Below are positions 9,620-19,594 of a stretch of 64,000 bases of DNA, in pieces; the first letter of the stretch is position 1, and each line of letters opens with the position of its first letter. The stretch is taken from positions 96,001-160,000 of the forward strand of contig CAWCDG010000009.1 of NCBI GenBank assembly GCA_963794325.1, in the 5' to 3' direction. The notes beneath the pieces were generated by a model. The model was given only the letters and a program-made list of their open reading frames with translations. It searched no databases and was not told the origin of the DNA. The translations under genes and the position numbers were made by a program. Source of the DNA: an uncultured delta proteobacterium. GTDB lineage: Bacteria; Desulfobacterota; Binatia; Binatales; Binataceae.

Positions 9620-10519
9620 TCATCGACTTTTGAGGGCTTCGAGCTCGTCCAGCGTGCGCGGCCAATCATCGTGCATAAGGCGCGAAAGAGCGCGGTCAGC
9701 TAACAGGCGGCCGCCAGTTTGGCACTTCGCACAGTAGTTAGTCTCGTTGCTCGCATAGCGGATGCGCTGAATCCTGGCGCCGCATCGCGGGCACGGCTGA
9801 CGATAGCGGCCGTGGACCGCCATCTCCGGTCTGAACGCGGTCACCTTCTCCGGAAATTCAGCGTCAGCTTCGGCGCGCAAACGATCGATCCATTCGAGTA
9901 ATGTCGCGCGAGTAGCGTGGTAAAGCCGCGCGACTTCATCGCCGGTCAATTTCTGCGTCATCGCGATTGGCGAGAGCTGCGCGCGATGCAGAATTTCGTC
10001 GGAGTATGCGTTGCCGATTCCGCTGAAAATATGTGGGTCGGTTAACGATCGCTTCAGCGTGTGATTGGACGATCGTAGCGCCGTAGCGAATTCGTCGAGC
10101 TTGACCTCGAGCGGTTCGACCCCGCCGGCATTCAACGACTCGAGGCCCGCATCTGTCTCCACCACGCGCAGCGCGGCCCGTCGCTGCGTTCCCGCTTCGG
10201 TAAGCCAGAGCCAGCCGTTGTCGAACTCGAAGGCAGCCAGGATATTTCTGCCACCGAGTTTCGGCGCGGAGGTTTTCCAATGCAGGCGGCCCGCGATCAT
10301 GAGATGTAGTACGAGCCACAAATCGCCTTCGACGCCGATAGCGATCTGCTTCCCGACCCGTCGGACTTCGTTGACCGTCCGGCCCGCGGTTGCGATGATC
10401 GGCGGCGCAATGGAGCGCAACAGAAACGGGGATTTGACGATTGTCCTGACCAGCTGGTGCCCGACAACGCGCGACCGGATCGCTTCGACATAAACGCTGA
10501 TATCAGGCAGTTCCGGCAT
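9620..10519 (-). CDS. mutM: Fpg/Nei family DNA glycosylase (MutM-like)
   Basis: Starts MPELPD; 'HLMIAGRL', 'SGIGNAYSDEILH', C-terminal CPRC..YCAKCQ zinc finger. Confidence 0.88.
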   Translation of the reverse strand: MPELPDISVYVEAIRSRVVGHQLVRTIVKSPFLLRSIAPPIIATAGRTVNEVRRVGKQIAIGVEGDLWLVLHLMIAGRLHWKTSAPKLGGRNILAAFEFDNGWLWLTEAGTQRRAALRVVETDAGLESLNAGGVEPLEVKLDEFATALRSSNHTLKRSLTDPHIFSGIGNAYSDEILHRAQLSPIAMTQKLTGDEVARLYHATRATLLEWIDRLRAEADAEFPEKVTAFRPEMAVHGRYRQPCPRCGARIQRIRYASNETNYCAKCQTGGRLLADRALSRLMHDDWPRTLDELEALKSR

Positions 10520-10569
10520 GAGAGTTTTTTTACCGCGCGCCGTGTTACATTTACCCCGAATCGTGTCTA

Positions 10570-10724
10570 AACAGGATGTTGAAAAAGTAATTTTCAACGC
10601 CTGTTCCCTCTCTCTTGTCTCCCCCAAAGGGGGAGAGGCTATAGGTAAGAGGACAGTTTAACGCAGGGTGTTGAAAAGCTTGAAATCGAAAATGAATATT
10701 GATTCCGGTTTTTCAACACCCTGT
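10570..10724. repeat. Composite MITE/REP-like repeat, copy 1
   Basis: Two TGTTGAAAA..TTTTCAAC inverted-repeat units flanking a CTCCCCC-aa-GGGGGAG hairpin; near-identical copy at 20205-20360. Confidence 0.85.
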
Positions 10725-10738
10725 ATCGAGGACGCGCC

Positions 10739-11149
10739 ATGAACTACTTTCTTGCCAAGACCGAACCCGGCACTTACTCGATCGACGATCTCGAGCGCGA
10801 CCGGCGCACCAGTTGGGACGGGGTGACCAATCCGCAAGCGGTCCGCGCGATCCGCGAGATGAAGCCCGGCGACACCGTGTTCATCTACCACAGCGGCGGT
10901 GTTTCGAGCGTGGTCGGATGGGCGGTGGTGAAATCGGCCCCGCGCGACGATCCGAAAAATCCGAAGTCTGCGGTGGTCGATTTGGAATTCGGTGGGCGAT
11001 TGGATTCACCCATCGCTCTGGCGGAGATCAAGCAATCAGGAAAGTTTGATGACTTGGCGCTGGTCCGGCAAGGACGACTGTCGACGATGGCGGTGCCCGA
11101 AAACCTGGTGGCGTGGATTCGCGTGCGAAATCCGAAAGCGAAGATCTAG
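10739..11149 (+). CDS. EVE domain-containing protein
   Basis: 'YFLAKTEP..YSIDDL', 'WDGV.N', 'GD.VFIYHS', 'RQGRLS'. Confidence 0.9.
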   Translation: MNYFLAKTEPGTYSIDDLERDRRTSWDGVTNPQAVRAIREMKPGDTVFIYHSGGVSSVVGWAVVKSAPRDDPKNPKSAVVDLEFGGRLDSPIALAEIKQSGKFDDLALVRQGRLSTMAVPENLVAWIRVRNPKAKI

Positions 11150-11219
11150 AAGACGCGAGCGCCTCGCGAGAAGCGAGGCGCCCACGACCTTCAGAACGTC
11201 GGCTGTTTAGCTTCAACGA

Positions 11220-11570
11220 TTAGTAACAACGCCCGCGAGCCCAGCTGGCTTGCCGCGCCAGGTCCCAGGCGGCCGCGGGGTGGCCATTGTACCGATCTAT
11301 CAAAGCCTGCCTCTGGAGACGCTGGGCATTTGCGCAAGCGCCATATCCCCATGCTCCACCGCGATAGCCAGAGCCGTAGTACCGATTCGCATAATCATAG
11401 CCGCGGTAGCGATAGCCGTCGTCGGAGTCGCGATGCCCCCAGTTAACAAGTTCAACATAGTTGGAATTTGCGTTGTAGGCTGGTTCGGCGAAGGCTGGTG
11501 CACTCATCATGGGCAGCGCCAGCATTGCACCCGCCAAAACGCCAGTAATCAATTTTGTTTTGAATTTCAT
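11220..11570 (-). CDS. Small secreted Tyr/Gly/Arg-rich hypothetical protein
   Basis: Signal peptide (..APAFA); preceded by sigma54-like promoter. Confidence 0.6.
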   Translation of the reverse strand: MKFKTKLITGVLAGAMLALPMMSAPAFAEPAYNANSNYVELVNWGHRDSDDGYRYRGYDYANRYYGSGYRGGAWGYGACANAQRLQRQALIDRYNGHPAAAWDLARQASWARGRCY

Positions 11571-11595
11571 GGAACTTGCACCTGCGAGAATAGAA

Positions 11596-11612
11596 AGCAT
11601 CAACAGTGCCAA
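11596..11612 (-). promoter_or_regulatory. Sigma54 -24/-12 promoter
   Basis: Minus strand TTGGCACTGTTGATGCT = GG-N10-GC, about 25 bp upstream of ATG 11570. Confidence 0.6.
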
Positions 11613-11796
11613 TACTGACCTATCAGGAGATTTTCGAAATCCCTGATCTTTTTCGAGCCGAAACCGTCTGAAGCTCGTACGAAATACAGGCCTTCGCGCG
11701 AATGGATTTTCTACAATGCGAAACGCGGGAAGATGAACATATTGAAAGGAAAACGAAAGCGGCTATCGACGACTCTCCGCGAGCAACATGAGCTGC

Positions 11797-13026
11797 TCAC
11801 GCTATCGTATTCCGCGCACCAGCAATCGTCAGACCCAGCGCTTTGGCGATCTCAGTAGCGATCCAATCCGCCTGGATAGGATCTCCGATTCCGTCACCAA
11901 AATTCAGGTTGCCATCGTCACCGTAACGCACCTGGATTCGACGATACAGCGTCGTTCCGGCGGTCATCCCCGCGATTGACCTGACGTCGCGCACCTCGCT
12001 GGACGCAACTCGCCGCGTCGATACGGGAATACCGCACAAGCGCCACGTCACTTTCAGTTCGCCATCACCGATGACCACGGTCGTGGTGCCGAACATCATT
12101 GCGGTGACCCAGATAACCACGATCGCTTCGATAACCGGCCACATGATTTTGAAGATCAGTGGTGCGTGTTCTTTGAAGACTTCGTAAGTGCAACCGGACC
12201 AAATCGCCAGGAATACCAACATACCGAAGATCACCGACGGATTGCGGAACGCCCGAAAATGGACTTTGGTATGGCCGTCGGCGGTGGGCCCGATGCGGAT
12301 AGCCGAACCTTGCGGACGAAACTCGCTCACGCGCTGGTCGCGGCGGATGCGCAAGTCGACCGCGTCGGCAGCCTCCGCAGAGCTTTCGCCGAGCTGAAAG
12401 ATCGGCACCTCGAAGCTCGATTTGTAGTTGACGATCCCGCCGGGCGAGGACGCCTTGAGTTGCCAGTAGATCCGATCCCGGAAGTTGGTATCGTCAGTCG
12501 GCCTGCATTCGGGAGGAATCGGGAACGCGACCGGGATCGAGCCGTCGCCAGCGGACGTGACCTCCGAGTCGTCGCTCCACAGCGGCCGGTTGCTGCTGCT
12601 ATTGCCCGAGCTAGTGACGTTGATACAGACCAGCTTGAGGTTTACCCGGCGCATCGGCTCGACACCGCCGCCAACGTGGATAGAGCCTTCGAGCGTTCCG
12701 CCTATTTTCCCCGGCACTGATTTCATCTCGAAGCGCGAAACGCCGTACACATTCCATCGTAAAAGCAGGTGTATCGCCCAACCGATCAGTCCGCATCCAA
12801 TTATCGGAAAGATTGCGAGCAACGCGAATTTTGGCTCGTAGCGCAGGTTATGAGCTAGTAACGCCGGTACTGCGCTTGGCAGCGCGATCGCATTCCAGAA
12901 GAGCGCGAGCGCGGAGACTGCAATCGCGCCGGGCTTGGCGCTCGAATGAATCTCGCCCGCTGCCCACTGCGCGCGCCACAGCCATGGTTCATTCGGATGC
13001 GCGTGTTTCAGATCCACTTTCGTCAT
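11797..13026 (-). CDS. Hypothetical membrane protein (TM pairs flanking an arrestin/Ig-like domain)
   Basis: Two TM pairs, 'FWNAI', 'W.L.....G..Y...FEVPIF' pattern. Confidence 0.65.
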   Translation of the reverse strand: MTKVDLKHAHPNEPWLWRAQWAAGEIHSSAKPGAIAVSALALFWNAIALPSAVPALLAHNLRYEPKFALLAIFPIIGCGLIGWAIHLLLRWNVYGVSRFEMKSVPGKIGGTLEGSIHVGGGVEPMRRVNLKLVCINVTSSGNSSSNRPLWSDDSEVTSAGDGSIPVAFPIPPECRPTDDTNFRDRIYWQLKASSPGGIVNYKSSFEVPIFQLGESSAEAADAVDLRIRRDQRVSEFRPQGSAIRIGPTADGHTKVHFRAFRNPSVIFGMLVFLAIWSGCTYEVFKEHAPLIFKIMWPVIEAIVVIWVTAMMFGTTTVVIGDGELKVTWRLCGIPVSTRRVASSEVRDVRSIAGMTAGTTLYRRIQVRYGDDGNLNFGDGIGDPIQADWIATEIAKALGLTIAGARNTIA

Positions 13027-13068
13027 TGCTGCGATAGTTATCGAAGCCCAGCAATTGTGTCACCTAAG

Positions 13069-13102
13069 AAAAAACGGGAGCGGTCACAACGACCGCTCCC
13101 GC
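13069..13102 (-). terminator. Intrinsic terminator for DUF992 gene
   Basis: CGGGAGCGGTC-acaac-GACCGCTCCCG hairpin with A-run on plus strand (U-tract on minus). Confidence 0.65.
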
Positions 13103-13134
13103 TCTCATAACTCCGAACTGATCGAATCTGCTGG

Positions 13135-13683
13135 CTACGGAGTGCTCTTGGCAGGCTTTTCCTTGTTGAACGTCAAGGTCATCGCGACGACGCCCGCCGC
13201 GACGTTCAAGCCGTTCTGTCCTTCGATCGACACCGGCTGCAACGCGACCGAGCTGTTGAAGCCTCCGACCAGTACGTTGGCGCCCGCGCCGACTCCTACC
13301 GCTGCGCTCGCAGTCGCCCCGCCGTAGTGACCGGCAAGTGCGCCCTGGCCGAGGTTGGTGGTCGGTGCCAGAACCGCCCACAGAATTACGCCCGACTGCA
13401 GGTAGCCGATGTCAGCGCCGAACTTCGTGATCGAGCCCGTGTAGTACTCGGTATATCCGGGCTGTAGCGCGTATGCGCACTCCAGCTTGCGCGATGAGCC
13501 GAAAATAAATCCCCATCCTGCCGCTACGTGACAGGTCAGGTATCCGGCGCGTACCGCGGCCCCTCCGCCGCTTGCTGGAGCGGGTGCAGGCGCTGCGCCT
13601 TGGGCGCGTGCGGATGGTGATCCGGCGGCCAATGCAATCGCCAAACCCAGCGCGACTACCAGTCCCTTCGATTTCAAATTCAT
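13135..13683 (-). CDS. DUF992 domain-containing exported protein
   Basis: 'G.LTC.V..G.GFIFGSSR.L.C', 'Y.G.ITKFG.DIG', 'LQPVSIEGQ.GLNVAAGV'. Confidence 0.9.
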   Translation of the reverse strand: MNLKSKGLVVALGLAIALAAGSPSARAQGAAPAPAPASGGGAAVRAGYLTCHVAAGWGFIFGSSRKLECAYALQPGYTEYYTGSITKFGADIGYLQSGVILWAVLAPTTNLGQGALAGHYGGATASAAVGVGAGANVLVGGFNSSVALQPVSIEGQNGLNVAAGVVAMTLTFNKEKPAKSTP

Positions 13684-13880
13684 TTTCGTCCTCCGTTCTA
13701 TGGTCAGGCTGTCTGTTCCGTTGGTTCCCTAGTCGAGGGCAAACTCGCATTTTACTTGGGCAAATGCAATACGAGCGCTCCCAGTGCCTTCGTCCGGCGA
13801 CTACGGCTTGACTATGATTCCACAATACCGCACCATCCTGCGGTTGCAGCCGTCACGCCAAAACTCAGGAGAACCCATCG

Positions 13881-14385
13881 ATGAGCCTTAAGAGTATTCT
13901 TGCTCGTTTCACCGCCGCTTCGCTTTTTCTTTCTGCACTTGGATTGAGCGGATTCGCCTTCGCGCAACCCTCGCAGAAACAACTCGACATCGCGGCCGCG
14001 CGAGCACAGCGCAAAGCGACAGTCGGCGCAAATATGAATCTCACGCCGGATGAAGCGTCCAAAGTTCTGGCCGGTTTACGACGCGTACGAAAAAAAGATG
14101 GATAGCATCGAGGATCGCCACGTCAAAGAGCTCAAGGATTTTGCCAAAAAGTACAATAGCTTCACCGACGCCGACGCCAAGAAGAAACTGGACGAGGTTC
14201 TGGCGATCCAGCAGGCGCGGCTCGACGTGCAAAAGGAATTCGTTCCGCAGTTCCGCGACGTCGTCTCACAGGTGAAGGTGACCCGCTTCTATCAGATCGA
14301 CAATAAGATCCAGGCGCTGATCCAGTGCGACATCGCGCAGTTGGTGCCGCTCGCGGCAGCGCCCGGCGAGACTAATCAACAGTAA
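13881..14385 (+). pseudogene. Frameshifted periplasmic helical protein (Spy/CpxP-like), or sequencing error
   Basis: Signal peptide and 'NMNLTPDEASK' continue as 'FWPVYDAY' in another frame; one extra base in GAA GCG TCC AAA G TTC TGG at about 14061-14064. Confidence 0.75.
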
Positions 14386-14390
14386 CTGAC

Positions 14391-14425
14391 CAGGTCTGCC
14401 CGCGCTGCGCGCTGCGGGCAGACCT
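14391..14425. terminator. Hairpin between convergent genes
   Basis: AGGTCTGCCCGC...GCGGGCAGACCT inverted repeat. Confidence 0.55.
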
Positions 14426-14954
14426 ATTTCTTATGCACGCGCGCGATCGACTCGAGGATCAATTGGCGGGCCGCGTCGCGATCCACCCAATCGCCTACCT
14501 TTACCCACTTCCCTTTTTCCAGATCCTTGTAATGGCGGAAGAAGTGATCGATCTGATCGAGCATTATCTTCGGCAGATCGGTGTAGTTCCCGATTCCATC
14601 GAAATACGGGTTTAGCTCGTCCACCGGCACCGCGAGAATTTTCTCGTCAATGCCGTTCTCGTCTTCCATCAGCAGTGCCCCCACCGGACGGCATCTGATG
14701 ACGGCGCCGGGCGCGACCGGCGCTTGTGACAGCACGAGCACGTCACAAGGGTCACCGTCTTCGGACAGCGTATTCGGAATGAATCCGTAATTGGCCGGAT
14801 AATACATCGCGGTATGCAGAAAACGATTCACAAACAGGGCGCCGGAGGCCTTGTCGAGCTCATACTTCACCGGAACTCCGCCCTGCGGGATTTCCACCAG
14901 CACGTTGATCTCGTCTGGCGGGTTGCGCCCCGGCGGAATTTTCGTAACGTCCAT
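14424..14954 (-). CDS. ppa: Inorganic pyrophosphatase (family I)
   Basis: 'VKYELDK', 'YPANYGFIP.TLSEDGDPCDVLV', 'FF.HYKDLE.GKWVK'. Confidence 0.95.
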   Translation of the reverse strand: MDVTKIPPGRNPPDEINVLVEIPQGGVPVKYELDKASGALFVNRFLHTAMYYPANYGFIPNTLSEDGDPCDVLVLSQAPVAPGAVIRCRPVGALLMEDENGIDEKILAVPVDELNPYFDGIGNYTDLPKIMLDQIDHFFRHYKDLEKGKWVKVGDWVDRDAARQLILESIARVHKK

Positions 14955-15051
14955 GCGATTGCGCGCCTCCGTGAATTGAATTGAGTAGAGCACGCGATCG
15001 CATTCAAGGCCATCGCGAGTCGGCGCAACCACGACTCGTGAGATCGGTCGG

Positions 15052-17175
15052 TTACTTCAGGCCGAGTTTCTTGATGCGAGTGCTTAGCGTGCTCGGCCTG
15101 ATTCCCAGCAACTCTGCGGCGCCGCCGGCGCCATAAATTCGGCCACCGCTGCGTTTCAACGCGGCAATCATATTGTCCCGCATGCGGCGGGTCATCTCCT
15201 TGTCCGGGATCACTTCCGACTCTTCGCGAGATTTGGACCGAGTTGCCGCCGGCGCAGACGACCGTGATTCCGCCGATGGAATATCGAGCCCGAGCGATCC
15301 CAGATGAGATGTGATCACCGCCCGCTCGATGACGTTTTGCAGTTCGCGGACGTTTCCAGGCCAATCGTAATTCTGTAGTTGGCGCATCTGGCTCGGGGTC
15401 AGATGCAGACCCGATCGACTGAACCGCTTGCTCGCCAGCTCCAGAAAATGCTTCGCGAGTATTGGGATGTCGTCCTTGCGCTCGCGCAACGGCGGCACCT
15501 CGATCGGAAAAACGCTCAGCCGGTAGTAGAGATCCTCCCGGAAGCGCCCCGCGCGGACCAGGCTTTTGAGGTCACGATTACTCGCCGCGACAATCCGGAC
15601 ATCGACGCGCCGCATCGTATCGGCGCCGACCGGCTCAAATTCGCCCTCCTGCAGGACTCGCAGCAGCTTGGGCTGCATCGCCAGCGGCAGCTCGCCTATT
15701 TCGTCCAGAAAAAGAGTGCCGCCATCAGCCAATTGAAAGCGGCCGATTCGATCTCTCAGCGCGCCACTGAACGCCCCCTTGACGTGGCCGAAGAACTCAC
15801 TTTCGAATAACTCCCGCGGGATTGCGGTGCAGTTGATCTTGACCAGTGGACGGTCGCGCCGCAGGCTCCGTTCATGGATCGCGCGTGCCACCAGCTCCTT
15901 TCCCACTCCGGTCTCGCCGAGGATAAGTACGGTGGCATCGGTCGGAGCGACCATCTCGATCTGCTCCAGCATGCGATGCACTCCGGCGCTTTTGCCGAGG
16001 ATCGCGCCGCTGCCGGAAGCTGCTCTGACCTCCTCCTGCAGGTATGCGTTCTCCGACTCCAGCCGCTCGCGCAGCTTGTCGTAGTATTGAACCCGCTCGC
16101 TGATATCGCGCCAATTGAAGACGACGTATCGAGTATCGGCCGGGTCCCGCAATCGCCGGCCAACTGCTTCGACGTCGATGGTTGAACCGTCGCGGCGTCG
16201 CACACGCACGCGTATCGTCTGAACTTCTTCCGGATTTTCAAGTGCGCGGCGGATTTTGTCGGTAAGCGGAGCGACGTCTTCCGGCCTGATAAAGTCTCCG
16301 GCGTGGCGCCCTATCATCTCCTCCGGCTTGTAACCCAGCAGGCGCTCAGCCGACGGCGTCATGTATATGATCCGTCCGTCAGCGTCCAGAACTGTGATGC
16401 CGTCGGATGCGTTTTCGGTTAGCGCGCGAAGGCGATCATGGCTGCGGCGAAGCTCCTCACGCTCCTCAGCCCAACGAGCGAGCTGGGCGATCATCCAATC
16501 GAGCCTGGCCGCTTCCGATGGCTGCGCGATCAGCGCGGGCGGTTCGTAGTAAGGATCGGAAATGAGCTTCTCCTCGACGATTGCCATGGGATGGCTGCGG
16601 AGCGCGGCTTGAAGATATTCCGCGGAAAGTAGCTGTCGCTCGTAAATGCAAACGGCGATGGCGTGCGCTTTCGGGAAAAACTCGGTATTCAAGCGCGCCT
16701 CGTATTCGATCAGAACGTCATGCGCAACCTCGAGTTCCACCGCCCAGGTCATTTCAACCACGAAAGCGGCGCGTGAAAAGCCCGCTTTCAACGCCTGTTG
16801 AGCTCTGGCCCTGAACACCGACAGGAAGGCAGTCGCGTCTAACTTCTCCAGCGGCATATATTCGCGACCGCTGAACAGCGTCAGCGCGCCCCGTTCACGG
16901 GCCTGTTCGACGTCGATTCCAGCCTGAGCGAGTTCGGCAACCACGTCTTCCATTGCGCGTTCGCCGATTGCGTAAAAGCACATCTCCTTCCGGGAGAGGC
17001 AACGTCGCACAAAGGGGACAACGATAGAATGAGCCAGCGGCGAGCCGGATGAGATCGCGCAAACGTGATCGCCCGGTTGGAGCGATTCTATTTGGTCTTC
17101 AAGAGTCGGTACGCTGAACAGACCGGAACTCATGTCCCACCTTTCTTGTGTCCAGCTATGAGACGCTCCTCCCAT
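15052..17175 (-). CDS. Sigma54-dependent activator: MEDS + PAS + AAA+ + HTH (FhlA-like)
   Basis: MEDS 'PGDHVC...YEARLN...C.Y', PAS, 'GETGVGKE', '[15 protein letters not shown]', '[10 protein letters not shown]', C-terminal HTH. Confidence 0.92.
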   Translation of the reverse strand: MGGASHSWTQERWDMSSGLFSVPTLEDQIESLQPGDHVCAISSGSPLAHSIVVPFVRRCLSRKEMCFYAIGERAMEDVVAELAQAGIDVEQARERGALTLFSGREYMPLEKLDATAFLSVFRARAQQALKAGFSRAAFVVEMTWAVELEVAHDVLIEYEARLNTEFFPKAHAIAVCIYERQLLSAEYLQAALRSHPMAIVEEKLISDPYYEPPALIAQPSEAARLDWMIAQLARWAEEREELRRSHDRLRALTENASDGITVLDADGRIIYMTPSAERLLGYKPEEMIGRHAGDFIRPEDVAPLTDKIRRALENPEEVQTIRVRVRRRDGSTIDVEAVGRRLRDPADTRYVVFNWRDISERVQYYDKLRERLESENAYLQEEVRAASGSGAILGKSAGVHRMLEQIEMVAPTDATVLILGETGVGKELVARAIHERSLRRDRPLVKINCTAIPRELFESEFFGHVKGAFSGALRDRIGRFQLADGGTLFLDEIGELPLAMQPKLLRVLQEGEFEPVGADTMRRVDVRIVAASNRDLKSLVRAGRFREDLYYRLSVFPIEVPPLRERKDDIPILAKHFLELASKRFSRSGLHLTPSQMRQLQNYDWPGNVRELQNVIERAVITSHLGSLGLDIPSAESRSSAPAATRSKSREESEVIPDKEMTRRMRDNMIAALKRSGGRIYGAGGAAELLGIRPSTLSTRIKKLGLK

Positions 17176-17282
17176 AATCTAACTTATTAAGCAATTTTGC
17201 GACCGCTTTGTTGACTCCAAGTATTCTTCGTGGGATCGCGGAGCGGACAGCCGCGAGAGGCGTCGTGCAACACCTAGTCGCC

Positions 17283-17332
17283 ACAACGAAATGTCGTTGT
17301 TAGACGCAATCGCAACGAAACTTCGTTGCGAT
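17283..17332. promoter_or_regulatory. Two palindromic upstream activator sites
   Basis: ACAACGAAATGTCGTTGT (17283-17300) and ATCGCAACGAAACTTCGTTGCGAT (17309-17332) share CAACGAAA-nn-TCGTTG. Confidence 0.7.
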
Positions 17333-17390
17333 ATGATGCCGTTAATTTCTCGTTACCCCAGCATTATTAAGCATTTTTCTGCCCAGACCG

Positions 17391-17408
17391 CTGGCACAAC
17401 GCCTGCTT
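17391..17408 (+). promoter_or_regulatory. Sigma54 -24/-12 promoter
   Basis: CTGGCACAACGCCTGCTT = GG-N10-GC. Confidence 0.8.
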
Positions 17409-17417
17409 TTATATGCG

Positions 17418-17780
17418 ATGGTTAAACAGACTGATCGGCCCTCCACCGTTGACCCAAAAACCGCGAATCAACTGTTGAATCTCCTGGATGGAGATGACAC
17501 CGAGATTTTCGAGATCGATCGTTCCAACCTGGTCCTTCAACTTCGCACCCTCCACCGCGCAATCAACGAAAGCGCAGAAGAGATGGCGATGGTCGCTGAC
17601 GAGGCGGTATTTGCCAAGTCAGTTTCTCAGGCACTGACCCGTACCGCGCGGAAGTTATCCCGGGCCGCGGAAGATTTGAACGCTCTTCATCGGATGCTCC
17701 AGCAAGCTCGTCCACCCACCGTTCCAGCACGACTCACGCGAAAGCCGGCGCCGCGCAATCGACGCAGGAAACCAAATTGA
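17418..17780 (+). CDS. Hypothetical helical protein, paralog A
   Basis: Shares 'FEIDRSNLVLQLRT..RAINESAE.M.M' and 'RTARKL.R..EDL..LH' with 18326-18679. Confidence 0.75.
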   Translation: MVKQTDRPSTVDPKTANQLLNLLDGDDTEIFEIDRSNLVLQLRTLHRAINESAEEMAMVADEAVFAKSVSQALTRTARKLSRAAEDLNALHRMLQQARPPTVPARLTRKPAPRNRRRKPN

Positions 17781-17943
17781 TGGTAAGCACGAGAACGCGA
17801 GCGGATCAGCGACACAAGCTTGGCAAATCACTACACTCTTAGCTGTCGTGTGGGGAGTTTCTTTTGAGATATACAGCGCTGAGTTGACGCGCACGGATCA
17901 GCTTTGATCTCGCTGATTCGAAGATGATGCCGCCAAGCGTGCG

Positions 17944-18204
17944 ATGAATTACTGGCCTAAAATCGACCTCTGGCATCTTCCACAGATGAAGGGAGGTGCC
18001 GACGAACTTTGCGACATCCTTTCGTGCACTCAAGTTGCAAGAGTCGTGGCAGTGATTTCATATTCGAATGGTGGCGCATCGATCAGAAGATATTGCTCCA
18101 CGCACGAGCACAAAGGCTTCGAAGCGCTGAAACGAAACTACCCACAGGTCCTACCGCTCGATCACCGCCTCTCAAGCTCGATACGCACCTTCAAGCCACG
18201 ATAA
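17944..18204 (+). CDS. Small hypothetical protein with possible Zn-binding C-x4-C...C-x2-H motif
   Basis: ATG ORF between the paralogs; 'CDILSC' and 'YCSTH'. Confidence 0.4.
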   Translation: MNYWPKIDLWHLPQMKGGADELCDILSCTQVARVVAVISYSNGGASIRRYCSTHEHKGFEALKRNYPQVLPLDHRLSSSIRTFKPR

Positions 18205-18325
18205 CCGAAGCAGCCGTTCGTTCAGACCCGGTCCTCGGATAGCTGGTGACAGCTAGTTTTTGAGCCCTTGACTTTCAGTGAGCAAGGCGGTCTCTCTTAG
18301 ACTCATCGAGCAGGAGGCATCGACC

Positions 18326-18679
18326 ATGCTGAAATCTTGCAAATCTCGAAATGCTCGAAAAAGTACAGATCTTCCGCAAACTTTCGATTCGTGGTTCGAT
18401 CAAAACGAACTTTTCGAAATCGATCGTTCCAACCTGGTCCTTCAACTCCGCACCATAAGGCGTGCAATCAACGAGAGTGCGGAGGATATGGAGATGACGG
18501 CGGTCGAGAGGGTATTTGTTGACTCAGTCTCTCGAATCCTCGCCAGAACCGCGCGGAAGTTGTACCGGGTCTCAGAGGATTTGCACGGTCTCCATGGGAT
18601 AGTCCAGCGAGCGCGTCTTCCCAAAGAGCCTGAACAATCCAATTCAAGGCGGCTGCCGCGCAGGAAGAAACGAAACTGA
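18326..18679 (+). CDS. Hypothetical helical protein, paralog B
   Basis: AGGAGG RBS; clear similarity to 17418-17780. Confidence 0.75.
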   Translation: MLKSCKSRNARKSTDLPQTFDSWFDQNELFEIDRSNLVLQLRTIRRAINESAEDMEMTAVERVFVDSVSRILARTARKLYRVSEDLHGLHGIVQRARLPKEPEQSNSRRLPRRKKRN

Positions 18680-18710
18680 TCTACGTCAGATGCGCGCGCG
18701 CCAGTCGCGG

Positions 18711-19169
18711 TTATTGATTCGGCGATGCTCCAGTCACTTTCGTGTTCGGAGTGTTCACTTCGATACTATGCTGTTGCCCGGGGACGTTGGTATGAATGTC
18801 GCCGCTGATAAGCGTCACGCGGCTTGGCACGGACTGCCCGTTCACCATGACGCTGTCCTCGATCTCGACGCTGGTGTTGCCGGCGAGCGCCATCGAGCTG
18901 CCGTCGCCAAACCCAAGTGTCACAGCACCGTCCGGCTGCGTCGTCACCGTATCGTGAAGTTTGAGCGCGGTTCCTTGCTGAGCGGGGAGCGTCGCGCCGC
19001 CGCGTCCGATTTGCGCGCCGCCGCTGACCTGCGTAACCGCGCCGACGCTGTCATCGGCCCGCACCGTCGAGCTCGCGCTGAGCATACCGAGCATTGCGGC
19101 CACCGCTATGAATGTGACTGATCGGTGGATGATCCTTCGCGCACAGATTCCGGATTCGATTTTTTTCAT
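18711..19169 (-). CDS. Stand-alone exported FecR-domain protein
   Basis: 'VG.VT.VSG.A.I.R', 'D.V.T..DG.V.L.FGDGS...L..NT'. Confidence 0.75.
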   Translation of the reverse strand: MKKIESGICARRIIHRSVTFIAVAAMLGMLSASSTVRADDSVGAVTQVSGGAQIGRGGATLPAQQGTALKLHDTVTTQPDGAVTLGFGDGSSMALAGNTSVEIEDSVMVNGQSVPSRVTLISGDIHTNVPGQQHSIEVNTPNTKVTGASPNQ

Positions 19170-19329
19170 ATGAATTCCTGCGTCCTGCTGTCTCGTTAAA
19201 CTCTCACGCACGATACCATAGCATCGCTAAGCCCTTGCAGCTACGAAGCCAAAGGGCAAATGCTCCGGTCGCGCGTTGAAACCAATCTCGGGGGGAAATA
19301 CCCTCATAGCCGGGTATCGAAACCAAGGT

Positions 19330-19563
19330 ATGACGGGAATCGGCAAATCTGTTCTCGCAGCCGCGATGCTTGTTTGCGCGATCTCGGTCACTGGATGCGT
19401 GCAGACGCAGGAGATCGATCAGACGATGCCGCCGTACGCATCGATCTCCGACGAAGGTCGCGATCCGCCGAAGCCTCCACCACCGTCCGATGATTCCGGC
19501 GGATTCATGAGCGCGCTCGGGTCCGTACTTATGTTTCCCGTTCGTATGATTGAGGCGTTCTGA
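19330..19563 (+). CDS. Small putative lipoprotein
   Basis: Lipobox-like 'VTGC' after hydrophobic stretch. Confidence 0.55.
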   Translation: MTGIGKSVLAAAMLVCAISVTGCVQTQEIDQTMPPYASISDEGRDPPKPPPPSDDSGGFMSALGSVLMFPVRMIEAF

Positions 19564-19594
19564 ATCAATTCAAATAGTCTCTCGCGGTCCCGCT

